64,000 nucleotides of DNA. It comes from Chrysemys picta bellii (lineage: Eukaryota). Shown piece after piece: positions 50,050 through 63,234 of this stretch. A model generated the notes under the pieces. It searched no databases. It saw nothing but the letters and a program-made list of their open reading frames with translations, and had not been told where the DNA came from. The DNA lies in contig NC_088797.1 of NCBI RefSeq assembly GCF_011386835.1, positions 83,514,001 through 83,578,000 on the forward strand, read 5' to 3'. Every line of letters starts with the position of its first letter. The stretch's first letter is position 1. A program made the position numbers and the translations under genes.

Positions 50050-52262
50050 TTGATGTTTCTTCCCCTCTGGGTCCACTGCTCCTCCTGCATGTTGTAAGAG
50101 TCGACTAAAAAACAGCTGCCTGGAGAGGGATGGGTTCAGTCAGGTTAGAAATTTGCCCAAGACATACCATATGATAAGCAAGTCAACAATGTCCATACCA
50201 GATTGATTACAGCCCGGGTTAATAATGACCGCTCCATCCGTCTCAAACCAGGGCAGACATGACAAGTATACTACTGGCGCACCCCCAACAAAGAGGATCC
50301 ATGGAAGAGATAACATCACCATAGTCACACGGAATGTAAGGACATTGAGACAAACAGGGAGGTTGAAAGAACTCATGTACGAAATGGAACAATACACCTG
50401 GCACCTCCTAGGAATCTCTGAGGTCAGATGGAAGAACTTTGGAGACTAACGGAAGAAGACCATGTATTCTATTACAGTGGAGAGGACAAAAATGTCAACA
50501 GCGTAGGATTTCTTGTGCATAAAGATATCAATAATTCAGTATTAGGATGCTGCCCAATGTCCAGCGGGATTATTTCCATCCATCTAAAGGCAGTACCGTT
50601 TAATATCACAGTGGTACAAGTCTACGCTCCTACAACAGACTATGAAAATGAGGAAATTGAAGATATTTACAATCAGCTCCAAGACATCATTGATAAGGTA
50701 CACAAGAAAGATATCCTGATTATACAAGGAGATTGGAATGCTAAAGTGGGTACTGATGCACAGGCAGATTGGCGAGATTATTGTGGCCCGTTCTGTAATG
50801 CGGTAACCATTGAGAGAGGATTGAGACTTTTGGAGTTTGCCAGCTATAACAATCTGGTTCTTGCAAACACATTAGGAGCACATAAAGCATCCAGACGATC
50901 AACATGGCACGCACCTAATGGTCTACATCACAGCCAGATTGACTACATAATGGTGCAAAACTGATTTCGTTCTGGGATTAACAGAACTAAAACAAGGCAC
51001 TTCCCCGGTGCTGATATTGGAAGTGATCACAACCTTGTGATGCTAAATTTTTGACTGTGACTAAGGCAAATTGTCAGGCCAAAATTCACCAGAACCAAGT
51101 TTGACTTAGAAAGACTCAGAGACTGAAACATTGCAGAGTCATTCCAAGCAATGATTGGCGGAAAATTTGCCCTGCTGCTTGCTATAGAGGAAGACATAGA
51201 AACAATGATCAGCCATTTCAACGCTGTAATGAATGAGGCAGCAATGGACATCCTCAGGAAAAATTGTAAGACGACAAAATCATGGGTCACAAATAAAATA
51301 CTACAAATGTGCGATATTAGAAGAGAACTTAAGAGAGACAAGAACAGCACTGAGGGAGCTGATAAATACAGAGTGACTGGCAGAAAAATCAAGAAAGGAA
51401 TGAAGGTGGCCAAGGAGTTATGGATTGGAAAAAAAATGCTCTAAAATTGAAGAGTGTATCAATAATAAAAATAGCAAACGAGCCTTCCAGGTTGTAAAAG
51501 ATCTGATGAAGGAAAGATGGACCAAAGCTAAGGCAATTAAAGACAAAGAAGGGAACAGTCTTACAGAAGAAAGGGACATCATCAATAAGTGGACAAACTA
51601 CTACTCTGATCTATACAACCACCAGATAAATGGAGATCCTAGTGTATTAGACAGCCCAGATTCAACAAAGAAGGATGACTTTCCAATACTGCGTGAAGAA
51701 GTGGACACAGCTGTGAAATCACTCAAGAATGGAAAGGCTACAGGTATTGACAACATCCCAGCCGAACTGATGAAATTTGGAGGAGAAATAGTAATAGATG
51801 TACTCACCAAGATCTCCAACAAGATCTGGCAGACTGGTGAGTGGCACTCCACGTGGACACAGTCACTAATCATCACTCTGCCCAAGAAAGGCAACATGCA
51901 ATTGTGTCAAAATTACCAGACCATAAGCTTAATTAGCCATCCTAGCAAAGTGATACTGAAAGTCATATTGATCCTATGATTCTAACAGATTGAAGTCATA
52001 AGCAGAGACTATCATCGCTGAAGAACAGGCTGGCTTTTGTGCTGGAAGAAGTACCACAGAACAGATTTTCAGCTTTCATGTTCTATGTGAGAAGTACTTA
52101 CAACACCAGCAGGACATCTACCATGTCTTTGTTGACTTCAAGAAGGTGTTTGACAGAGTATGGCTCCTAGTTCTCTGGGCAACCATGAAGAAGTACAATG
52201 TTGGTCATAAGCTTATTCTTACCATTAAACAACTGTATGCCAAGGCCAGCAGTGCAGCTCTC
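50050..52262 (+). mobile_element. RTE-clade LINE, 5' half (AP endonuclease plus RT N-terminus), pseudogenised
   Basis: TRNVRTL, LLGISEVRWKNFG, VQVYAPTTDYE, GDWNAKVG, SQIDYIMV, GSDHNLV, GKATGIDNIPAEL, LPKKGN...CQNYQTISLISHPSKV, FVDFKKVFD; contains stops and frameshifts. Confidence 0.93.
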
Positions 52263-54660
52263 ACCAAGGAGTCAAATAAACTGTTTTGACGTTGAAGAAT
52301 GCTTGGAGATGGCAGAAGGTGGAGGAGGAGATCTCTTCTTCTGAGACCTATGGTGTCTCCTGGACTGGTCCTGCTGTTATTAGATAAAAGGATACCTCAG
52401 CTGAACCTGAGGGTAAAACTGCTCTCTTAGGACCTGGGGTATAAATGTCCAATGATTTCAGGGATTCTCTAGAATTTTTAAGAGAGTGCAGAGCTTTTCT
52501 TTTCTTTCCTGAAAACAAATTTGGGCCCCCAAAGACCAAGTCCTCAATTTGAAAGGCACTCCTAATAACGCAGTCAAGAACCACAACTAAGTGTGACTGC
52601 TATCATCATTATTTGAGCAGTTGAATCTGCCTCATCCAGTGTAGCCTGTAAAGATGAACATGCAACTAGATAGCCTTCATTTATAAGGGCCCTGAATTCT
52701 TCTTGACTGCAAATTTAGACATTTGAGTCCCTGTTGGAATAATCACAGTGAGCTAACAGAGCCTGATGGTTTGCAATCCTAAACCATAAACCTGAGGATG
52801 AATAAACCTCTCTCCTAAATAAATCCAGATTTTTGTGACTTTGTCTTTGGGAGTAGATTTAAAGCACCCTTGCCCCGCCTTCTCATTCACAACGGTCACC
52901 ACCAAAGAATCCAAGGGTGGAGGTGAATAAAAATATTCATGTCCCTGAGAAGGTACCTATTACCTCTTCTCTGTACTTTACACAATAGATAGGAGAAAAA
53001 GTCTGCCAAAGAATTATGGTGGGCTCTTAGATAGCCTCATTAATGAACAGAGCCACCCTAGCAGGTCCAGTAGAATGAACAATATTCACCAATCTGTGTG
53101 AATTATCCTGGACAAATTCAATTTGGAGACTCAGGGAGGTTGCAACCCTTTTCACTGGATCCTGGTACTTTTTGTAGTCACCCAAATGTGGGAAAGACAA
53201 TTCCAACACAGTAGCTTCATTTAGCGATGATGAGGAAGTGTTGAGCAGAGGCAGTAGAGTGCTATCTGCTTTAGTTCCTGTTGAACCTCCATAGCAGGAG
53301 GACCAGAACCAGGATCCACAACCTCTATTGGTTGCTGGGTCCCGGTGTCAGTACTGAGAACAGTACTGGACAGAAAATAGCACATTGGCAGAGATATAAT
53401 AGTGCAGTGCCCAGGGACAGAAGCCCCGGCTATAGAGGAACCCACCATGGGTTCCAAAAAGGCCACTGCTGAACTTAGTGCAGTACCAGAACCAAGCCCC
53501 ACAGCAATCTCTCTCTAGATCTGCTCCTAAAGAAGTAGTGGAAGCGGTTTCTCAATTTGCATGACAAGTAATAAGGAGATGCTCAGGACTGCCTATAATA
53601 GGATTCCTACCAGTAGGATCCCATCTTAGAAGATGACTCAACATTTGACTGTCAAGGTGGTCCAGTACTGAGTGGAGAAGTCACACACCAGAACCTGGAC
53701 TGGCAAGAGGTAGATGGTACAGGAGGAAGCATCCAAGGCTTTCTTGCTAAAGGGATAATAAGCCTGTACGGAAGTAGTACCAGACTCAGACGGTACGAAC
53801 AGTCAGTCCCCGATGTCACCACATGCACAGGTCCTAAGACAAATCCTGGATGGGGCCTCATCTTGCATCAGTGGTGAGTCCAGTACCAACAGGTACAAAA
53901 GATCTCTGATGGCTGCATACACCTCAGGCATCCTTGGTGCCGATAATGTAGCATGTGATGCAGAAAAAGTTAATGTCATTAAAGGTCCAGGCAACGGAGT
54001 TCAGTCTTGACAGTACCACATGAGGCACCAGATTTGACCATGCTACATTGCTAGAATGCAGTACCGGGAAGCGCCTCACAGGTGTGGCTCTAATCTCAGT
54101 ACTGTCTTCATCTGGTGAGAATCTAATGGACACCTAGACCTTGAAGAAGAGGACTTCTTCTAGCCAGAAAAAGTTGAGTTGCTGGTCTTCTGGTGCTTGC
54201 ACACTACCAGAGACAGAGAAGGTTACTTACCTGTACCTGAACTTCTTCAAGGTAGACTCTTTATATTCCCACTCATGGGATGCTCTGACTGGTGCAGCCT
54301 GAATTGTAGAATTCTAGCTAGTAGCAGCCTTTGGAGTGCTCGCACACCTTCACCACAACTCCCCTCGGTGAACGTTGAGCATTCCAGGGAGAGGCTATAA
54401 AAGGGACATGGCATTCCAGCCACCTCAGTTTCTCCTCCTGCAACTGTGAGCCCATTGGTAAGTAAGACTCCAAGATAGTGAGGAAAAGGCGGGTCGGGAG
54501 TATGAATATGCACAGTCCATTTTGAAGAACCTCAGTTACAGGGTAAGTAACCTTCATTTTTCCTGAGTGTCCTCTGCATATTCTCATACTTGATATAGAT
54601 TAATAAACTGTACTCTGACCCAGGATGATGGAACCATAGAGTCTTAATTAAATAAGGACT

Positions 54661-55265
54661 TGTAGCGGGGTGGTCACCTGCTCCGGCCCAGAAAGGGTTA
54701 AAGCCATCCCTGGGCTGAGGCTGGAAGGAAAGCCTGGGCTGATTGGGGAAGGCAGTAACAGCTGGGGCCAAGCCCCAATCAGGTCCAGCTGGTCCCTGTA
54801 AGAGGCTGCAAGCCAGAAGCCCAAGCAGTCTCTCTCTGTCTTCAGAGAGAGAAGGGCCTGGCTGCTGGGAAACTCAGGGTGCCTAGAGTGAGGCAGGGCC
54901 TAGAGTGAGAGGCACTGGGTTCCAGAGAGGGGCAGCAGGTCCAGACCCAACCTTGCCTATGATGAGTGGCTTATACTGCAGTCTGTCCCAGGGAGTGGGG
55001 CTAGATGGTGACTGGCAGTAGCCTTAAACTGAGGCGAGGTGGGGTTTCTGAGTGGGGGTTCCCTGGGGAAGGGGAGACCCAAAGAGAAAGGGGTTACTTC
55101 CAGGGGGCATCCCCCAGATAAAGGGGCACCGGAGCCGGGAGGGACACAGGGGCCAAGTGGCGAGGCGGATCACCGGCCTGCAGAGGGCACTCCAAGGCTG
55201 ACAGAGCTAATTCCCATGAACGACCAGCAGGAGGCACCACAGGGGTGAGTCCGCACTCCCTTACA
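54661..55265 (+). mobile_element. Solo LTR (Gypsy-like)
   Basis: TGTAGC...TTACA termini; perfect 5-bp TSD GGACT (54656-54660 and 55266-55270). Confidence 0.9.
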
Positions 55266-57169
55266 GGACTGCTTTGCCAAATCTTAAAACAGATCTAAAT
55301 TCTAAATCTAAGGAACAGTGTTTATTAAAGGTATGAACAGAACTTCATGTTGCTGCTCTACATATCTGTGTTAGAGAAATATGTCTAGAAAAAGCCATAG
55401 AGGCTGCCTTCAATCTAGTAGAACGTGTTATAATTCCTCGAGGAAGGGACAACCCTTTCAATTATTAAGCTTCATTAATACATGATAGAACCCATCTTGA
55501 AAGCATTTGCACAGAAAAAGCTTTTCCCTTCTTCTTGCTTTCATAAGCAACAAACAATTTTGGGGACTGTCTAAATTGTTTAATCCTGTCTAAATATTAA
55601 GCTAAGGTTCTTCTAACATCCAACATATGTAATTTAGCTTCGTCATCCTGAGGATGATATTTGGGAAAGAATATCAGTAAAATTATAGATTGGTTTGTAC
55701 AACAATCAGAGACCAATTTTGGAAAAACCTAAGATGTGTATGACGAATTCCTTTGCCTTTATGAAAAACAGTGACTAGTGAGCAGGCCATAAATGCATGT
55801 AATTCACTTATATGCCTTTCAGAAGTGAGTGCTATTAAACATGCTGTCTATATAGACAGATGAAATAAAGAACAACTCCCCAAAGGTTCAAAAGGCGGTT
55901 TCATCAATTGTGATAACACTAAATTCTGATCACAAGACAGCATAGGGCATCTCATTGGAGGGTATATGTTATTAAGGCCTTTTAAGAACCTCTTAACTAT
56001 ATCATTAGCAAAAACTAGGTTTGCCCTTCACAGGTACATGGTATGCTGATATGGTTGGGAGATGACTCTTCACCGAATATAGTGAAAAAAGAAGTAAAAG
56101 AGCTGCTTTCTTAAGATATAACAAATATTCTAATATATAGTTAATTGGTGCTGTATATAGATCTATATCATACATAGAAATCTATACTAAAACTATTTTC
56201 CATTTATGACTATAACACTTTCATGTGGATTCTTTCCTCAAATGTAACAGTACTTTCTGTACCTCTAACAAACAACATTTTTTCTAACCTTCCTAGAGTC
56301 CTATTCCCTTGCTGTTAAATGAAGAGGCTAAAGGTGTGGATGATAAACCATCCCATGTTGTTGCAACAAGTCTGGTCCAAGTGGCAGAAGCTCCATTAGT
56401 CCTTGACAGGTGAATTAAGTCCAGATACCATTGTTTTCAGGTCCATGCTGGCACTATTAAAATTACCCTGGCCTTGTCCTGTCTTACTTTGTTTACCACT
56501 CTCTGAATAAGAGAGATGCATATGTTAAGCCCTGACCGCACTGTATTAGAAAGACATCCAATACTGCCTGCCCATCTCTGCCTGGTCTCAATCAAAATTT
56601 CTGGACACTTCTTGTTGCTGCTGGATGCAAAAAAATGTATTATCGGATTCCCCCATAAACTGAAGAGATATTACTACTTCGTCCTTCAAAGACCACTCAT
56701 GCATCTGACATTTCGACCTGCTCAGATGATCTGCAAGTGTTTTGTTCATCAATTACATGGATTGCTATTGGGTGAACATCATGTGCCATGCACCATTCCA
56801 AAGGCTCTTTGCCTCCATATATAATTGAAGGAAATAAGTCACCCTTGCTTATTCAGATAATTTAGCACTGTCGTATTGTCTGTTACCACCTGAACTACCA
56901 TTTTGTAAACACCCTGTGTGCTGTGGACAATCCAAAAGGGAGAACCTTGTTGTGGAAAAACGACCACGCGTTGTGTTTGGATCAGAATTGCCTGAGGCCT
57001 TTTTATTTTTATGCATGCACGGGGGGTACCAGTGAACTAGCAATCCCCTCGACTACAGATTTTCAAATAGCTTATATAGCATAAAACCACAATTAAGTAA
57101 TGCATACTTTTTTAATAACATTATTGCCATATTTGGAATACATTCCCCAAAAAAGGGAATATAGCTTAA

Positions 57170-57251
57170 CAAGCTTTTCTGTTTTTCACAGTCTGCCCCT
57201 TTGCGGTTCTCAAGCTTTCCTGTTTTTCACAGTCTGCCCCTTTGCGGTTTC
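57170..57251. repeat. 41-bp tandem duplication
   Basis: Two near-identical copies of CAAGCTTT(T/C)CTGTTTTTCACAGTCTGCCCCTTTGCGGTT. Confidence 0.95.
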
Positions 57252-60200
57252 TTGCTCTGTCACCTGACATCTATTAATTATAATCTGTTACAAAGGTTAA
57301 TTTTACTTTTCATAATGTCTACAGTTAGTTCTGCTCTTATGATTTTTGTCTACCCTTCTCCTTTTACTCTTCCCCCCCCCCCTTTTCTCCTTCCTCCAGG
57401 CCACACATACAGTTCACCTAACCCTACATACAGTTCACTTGACCAAAGTTTAGGCCTTAGACTATTTTTCCTTCACAACCTGCTACTAAAAATGGTCCTC
57501 TCCTACCATGAAATTTAAATATTTCAGATGACATGGTCTTATTGAAATATGGAAATATGTGCCTTTTAAACCAAGAGCTGCAAACCAATCCTGAAGGGAT
57601 TATAGAAGTTAGAAATAACATGCAGAAATGGAATTCCTTTATATACTTATTTAATTTCCTTAAATCCAAAACATGGCAAAGGTTATCATCATTTTTTGAA
57701 ATTAGAAAATGACGTAAAAACTCCTCCCTCTTTGATTTCTCAGTACTATCTGTTGCTCCTGACTGCACCAGAAATTGAACCTCTTTCCTTAACAATTCAA
57801 AGTCAACTGGATCCCTGACCACCTGTGACCAGAGTTGAAAGAGGTAGATTGATAGTGAGGAAGGGTCCTGAACTGAATTGTTTAATGCATGCCATAACTT
57901 CCAAGATCCACCTATTTGATGTTATTAGCTCCAATTGCTGATAAAAACACAGGAGAAATGGTCCCCATGTGTGGCTAAACAATGTCCAACTGGACTGGTT
58001 TGTAGCTCCATGTCCTCAGGTCAAATCTTGCAGGAATCACAGAAGACAAAGAAGTGGAAGCTTTCCCTTTATTATTATGAGGTTTAAATGACCTTTTCTT
58101 CTGTTGTTGTTGTTGAAGTTGGGGGGTATGATGTTGAGAATAGTAATAATAAGTCCTTCTGTGATAATTATAACAAATCAATGAAAAAGGTGGGTATTGC
58201 CTTTGGTATCTAAACAGAAGAGCTGAATATGTCTTCTTTGCTATATTAAAGAAACCTAAAGATCTAGCTGTAGATCTTACATTTTTTTCATTTTCTCTAC
58301 ACCTCATTAGTCTGTACATTAAGCAGACCCTCTCCTTTAAAAGGAAGATATTCAGTCCTCATCTGTATCTTGTGAGAAGTCCTACTGAACTGAACCACAC
58401 ATATTAGCGTGAGAACTGAAGCTAGTGCCCTAAATGAAGCATCTGAAGAGTCAAATGACGCTCTCAACTGCTGCTTAGCAACATTCTGTCCCTCTGTCAA
58501 AATAGCATTCACTAGTCTTTTATGTTCATCTGGTAGGTCATTAAGAAACAAAGACATTTTTCCCCATAGATGACACTGGTATCTAACTACGACAACTTTA
58601 TAATTAGATATGTGCATGACTAATATAGCTGAAGAAAATATTTTTCTTCCAAATACATCTAATCTCTTCCTCTCTTTATCAGATGCAATAGAATGGATTT
58701 GGGTATTTTTCAGTCTTTGAAGTGATGCCTCAGCAACCAGCCAATTAGAAGATGGATGGGTATGAAACATAGCGAGCGCTTCCTGAGGCAATTGGTATAA
58801 TTTGCCCACTTTTTTGATCCAGAAGAGATCTTGGGTGGTGGAAATAGAGCAAAAATCCAGACTTCTTCCAGCCATCCGCTGACTCTTGGGGAAGCAGTTA
58901 GCTGGATTAGCCGTACCAAAACATCTTGTATCCACTCAGAAGAAATACCTGTCTCACTTACTGATGGAAACAGATGAATACGATCAATGAACCATTCCCT
59001 TAACTGCTATATGTTGCACTACTGTGCTGGTGCCAGTTACTGAATCTTAATCAGTTCCCTTCGTCAGTTCCTTAGCTCTTAATTGATTGGTTGAAAGTGA
59101 ATCATCTGGATCCAACACAACAGGATCCAAAGAGGTATGTCCCCTGCTCTTACCTCGAGGACCTGTATCCAAACTAGGTTCCTTAAAGAGCATCTGTCTA
59201 GATGAGACTTCATCTTACAGATTGGCTCTTTTCAAAGAGGATGACACAGACCAGAACTGCTTAGCACCATAGCTGAATCCTTTTAATCAAGTTGGCTGTG
59301 GAAACAGGCCGCCACCACTGTGATCTTCTTTTAATCCTTACTTTTTTCAGATCCTGTGTTACAGGGCACCAAGGAGGATTTATCCTTCCTGGCTGAATTG
59401 TTTGGTGCCAAAACAGGACTTTCCTTTCCAGGTAGTTTCATTGTCAGCGCTTTCTGCAGTACAATTGCCTGAAGTCTGTTTTATCTTTTCTTCTTTCCTC
59501 ATGTTGTAAAAGTTGAGCAACTAGAGCATTTTGAGGAAGACTGTCCCTGTTTTAAACACGTCAAGCATCTGACACATGCCTCTGACACGTGATATGAGAT
59601 GCAACTCTTAAATCCATGCTTTTTAGCTTTTCATTCTAACATCTTAAGTAATTACTGTAACTAACTTGGATAACACTGACACACACTGCTAACAAATGCT
59701 ATAACTAACTTCTTAACATGGATCTGAAAGAAACCTGTAGCAACCTTCTAAATGATTCAACTGGTTGCAGCTGAAGCACTATATCCCTTCTATATTCTTG
59801 CAATGCCTGACATTTATTCAAGAGAGGAGTGGGGAAGGAGCATGAGTGCTCCAGCAGCTACCACTAGCTAGAATTCTACCATTCAGTCTGCACCAGCTGG
59901 AGTGTCCCATGAGGAGGAATGCAAAAGACACTCAAAGGAGAATGGTGTCGTCTCTACAGCTTCCTTAAGGAAACGGAATCTGCCGAGTATGGCAGTGCAC
60001 TCAGGGAAGGAATGGAGTCTGAATCTCCTTGTGCTGGGTGGCTGGGTACCAAATGGGGGCACAAAGCTGCTTCCTCCAGAATGTCTCTAAGTTGAACTTC
60101 CCTCAGCTTTTTACTTCTGGTTTTAACCCTCCTCCCTACAAATGGGGCACTTATGCTTGACATGTCCTTCTCCCAAACCTTTTAAACCACAGTGAGGATC

Positions 60201-61834
60201 AATGACTGCACTGATTTGTTACACCAAGAACAGTGCTTAAATCCTGGGACTTAGGCATGGCCCGCTACTGAGCCAACATCTTGAAAAAAAGCAAAGCAAA
60301 AAGAAAATCAATCTAAAAACAAATACCACTATCGATACCATAGCTATAACTATTTTAAACTAGCTACTCACAATAAAGATCTCTAGAGAAGATTTATAAA
60401 GAGAAATATGAAAAAGTGATAATCTCACATATGCTCAAACTACAGACCACTGAGGAAGGGGTCAGGTGGCTCCACCCCTTTATACTCTCTGCAAGCAGCA
60501 TGAGTGTGTGGAGGGCGCATCTGATGCCCCGACAAGTACTGCTATGGAAAAAGTTCTCCAGCTCTGGTGCACTGGCAAGCAGACACCTACAGTGGAATGG
60601 ACATTTGCAAGCACTCAAAGAAGAAACATGGCTTTCAAAATGAAAGAGGGAACATCCAATTCCATCAATATAAAATAAACAACTGGTTGCTTGATTCTTT
60701 ATCTCAGAGTTTAAGTTTAAACACAATAAATAGGATAGCAATAATCTATGACCACAACAGAGACTTCATTTTATGTTTAGAAAAGATCATTAATTAAAAT
60801 ACCTGCAAGAGAAAGAAAAGTGATAAACTCATAGCCAGGATTTACAACAAAATAAAGAAGCTACGCATTAGAAATGTAGTTCATGGTTTCAACTGAACCA
60901 GTGAGCAGAGGAAACACTTTATATATCTATCATTAGTACAATTTAATAAACATTTGTCACTTATGAAATGTATTGGGAAATAAATAGATTAGATCACTCT
61001 GTGCTCAAAATGGAACAAATGGGTCAAATTGAGCTCTGGTTAAGCAGACAAAACTCTTATTCACTTCGGTGAGAACTATGCTAATTTATTCCAGGACCAA
61101 ATTTGTGCTCAAGCATCTTCCAGATATAATTAAAAGGTATTGTCATCTCATATTAATCAATATGTTTGAAATTTTTCACTATACAGTGTTTCTAATATCT
61201 CCTTAGATGTTGCAATAGAAATCCTCCAAATATCCATCTCTGTAAATATTTATCTTGTCTTGTTGGCAAATTCATTTTCTCACTGTTATTTAATTGCTAT
61301 TTTATCATCTTGCTTCTAACAATAAAGAAACAAATCCTACACACATAACAAATAACTATTAAAATAATCAAGCATTCAAGTCCTGTTTAAAAATCTAACA
61401 ATAGTTTGATTATTTTTGACAACCTTCCTTTTTTTAACAGCCTAACCTCTATACAAAAAGCAAAGCCAGGAAACGCTATACATGTATCAATAAATCTTCA
61501 TTTATATCTACTTATAATTTATTATTTGTATATTTTGCAGTACATTATGACACACCATAGATCTCTGTTTTACAAATTTTTCTGCATTTCTATTAAAGCA
61601 AACACAGCATGACTGCAATACATAATTTACTATATGTATTAGGAGTGGGCTTTTTTGCCAAACCATAAAGTATTGGACACCAGTTGTTTTAAGAATCATG
61701 GACAATCTTCCTTATTTCTTTTGTCTGTAACCCAGCCTCCTTGATTTAGGGCTTGATCTTGCAAGGTACTGAATATTTCCTCTAAGATGCAAGGTGGAAG
61801 GCACCCAGGTCAGCAGTTAGTAATTATTGGGTAG

Positions 61835-62210
61835 GAGTAGGTTGGGAAATGGAATTTCCATTGTGTGGGAAATGCCAACATTTCAAAATTTCCTTTCAAC
61901 TCAAATCAGAACAAAGAGTTGAAATTTCAAAATTTACCAAAAAATGAAATTTTGGGAATATTTTATTTCAGAAACAGCTAAATGGCTGTATTGAAACACT
62001 TCATATTGAGGAGGTTGAAAATTTTGATGTCCACTTTATCATTTCAACATTTATATCTTATCATATATAAAAAAGTCAAAATTATAAAGTTGAAATGACT
62101 CATTACAGTAATTATTCACAGAAATTTTGACAACACCAATACATTCCTGTGAAATTCATCAAATGAACATTTTCCAATAGGAAACTGTTCTGCCAGAAAA
62201 TTTTCAAAAC
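61835..62210. repeat. AT-rich interspersed repeat, probably a non-autonomous DNA element; related fragment at about 42140-42345
   Basis: Shares GAAATG/CATTTC and TTTTGAC motif-rich sequence with 42140-42345; termini not resolved. Confidence 0.35.
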
Positions 62211-62498
62211 ACCAATCATCATCATCATCGCAACCACCAACACCACCACAACAGCTTCCTTTAGAGCAGCTCTCTGCTTTTTGTTATAAAAATGGAGGCA
62301 AATAGTTTATTGTTACTCTTGGCAGGATAATGGCTGATATTTTTCCAGAAGAAATATTAGGGTATTACGAATATTTACCCTCAAATTATGCCAATTTTAA
62401 TGTAAATGAGTATGACAGGAGTATGGATATTCTGAAAGAGACCATTTTAAGCATTTGGGGCCAGATTGTCAGCTATGGTCAATTCTGTTTATTCACAA

Positions 62499-63234
62499 TG
62501 TGATAAATGAAGGGGGGGGGACAGCTCCCTTTTATGGACACCCAGTAGCTATAAAATCCCTTTTAGTAGCTGTTCTCTAATCTCTAAAAGTCTCACTGCT
62601 ATGCATAGGTAAAAGGAAGCGAGTGGGCACCTGGCCAAAAAAAGCCAATGGGAAGGCTAGAACGTTTTAAAATTAAAAAACCCTCCCCTTTAAAAACCCC
62701 AGATATGTAAGTAGGTCAGGAAATATCTAGGAAGACGCGATTAGGTTTACTCCTTTTGTTGCTTTATGGCTTGTGGATTCCTCTGTGCTAACCCCAGGTG
62801 CTTTTGCTTTGCTGGTAACCTTTAAGCTGGACCTCAAGAAAGTTATTCTTGGTGCTTAATCCTTGTAGTTGCACTTTTTAAAAATCAGCAATAGCTTAAG
62901 TTCTCAGATGTATTTTCTTCTTTTTTAAAATAAAATTTACCTTTTTCAATAACAGAATTGGATTTTTGTGTCTTAAGAGGTTTGTGCACATGTTATTTAA
63001 TTAGCTGGTGGCAACAGCTGATTTCCTTTTTCTTTCTCAGCTCTTCGGGGGGGGGGGGGTGAAAGGGCTTGAGGGTACTCCACAGGAAGTAATTCCCAAG
63101 TGCACTTTCCTGAGTTCACAAAGGGGTTTTTTGCACTTGGGTGGTGGCAGCATCTACCAATCCAAGGTCAGAGAAAAGCTGTAACCTTGGGAGTTTAATA
63201 CAAGCCTGAAGAGGCCAGTATTAATTTTTAGAAT
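62499..63234 (+). mobile_element. Solo LTR, 3'-truncated
   Basis: Starts TGTGATAAATGAAGGGG. Recognised from memory as a common turtle LTR-type repeat; no terminal CA or TSD. Confidence 0.6.

Larger units (their letters stand above)
54217..59942 (-). mobile_element. DIRS1-like element B nested in ORF1 of DIRS A
   Basis: Inverted terminal repeats 59834-59942 vs 54236-54351; ICR at 54524-54583; ORF1 (GFKSC.. near 59610; 58297-58935); RT N-half 57457-57822 (LDLRKLNKYI, IIPS); RNase H near 56700-56890; recombinase C-terminus HSTR...ICRAAT*SSVHTF near 55330-55430. Confidence 0.9.
48305..60625 (-). mobile_element. DIRS1-like tyrosine-recombinase retrotransposon A, interrupted and 3'-truncated
   Basis: 5' end TTCTTCTTTGAGTGCTTG at 60625; ORF1 Zn-finger PGFKHC..C...GEGH...CPIC (60130-60260); rest of ORF1 at 54216-52270; RT/RNase H at 50045-48950; LIVIAPYW..QYWF (48635-48871); recombinase N-domain KWKKFSMW...ILEYLLHLK...YLAIISAF (48305-48527). 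Confidence 0.85.
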
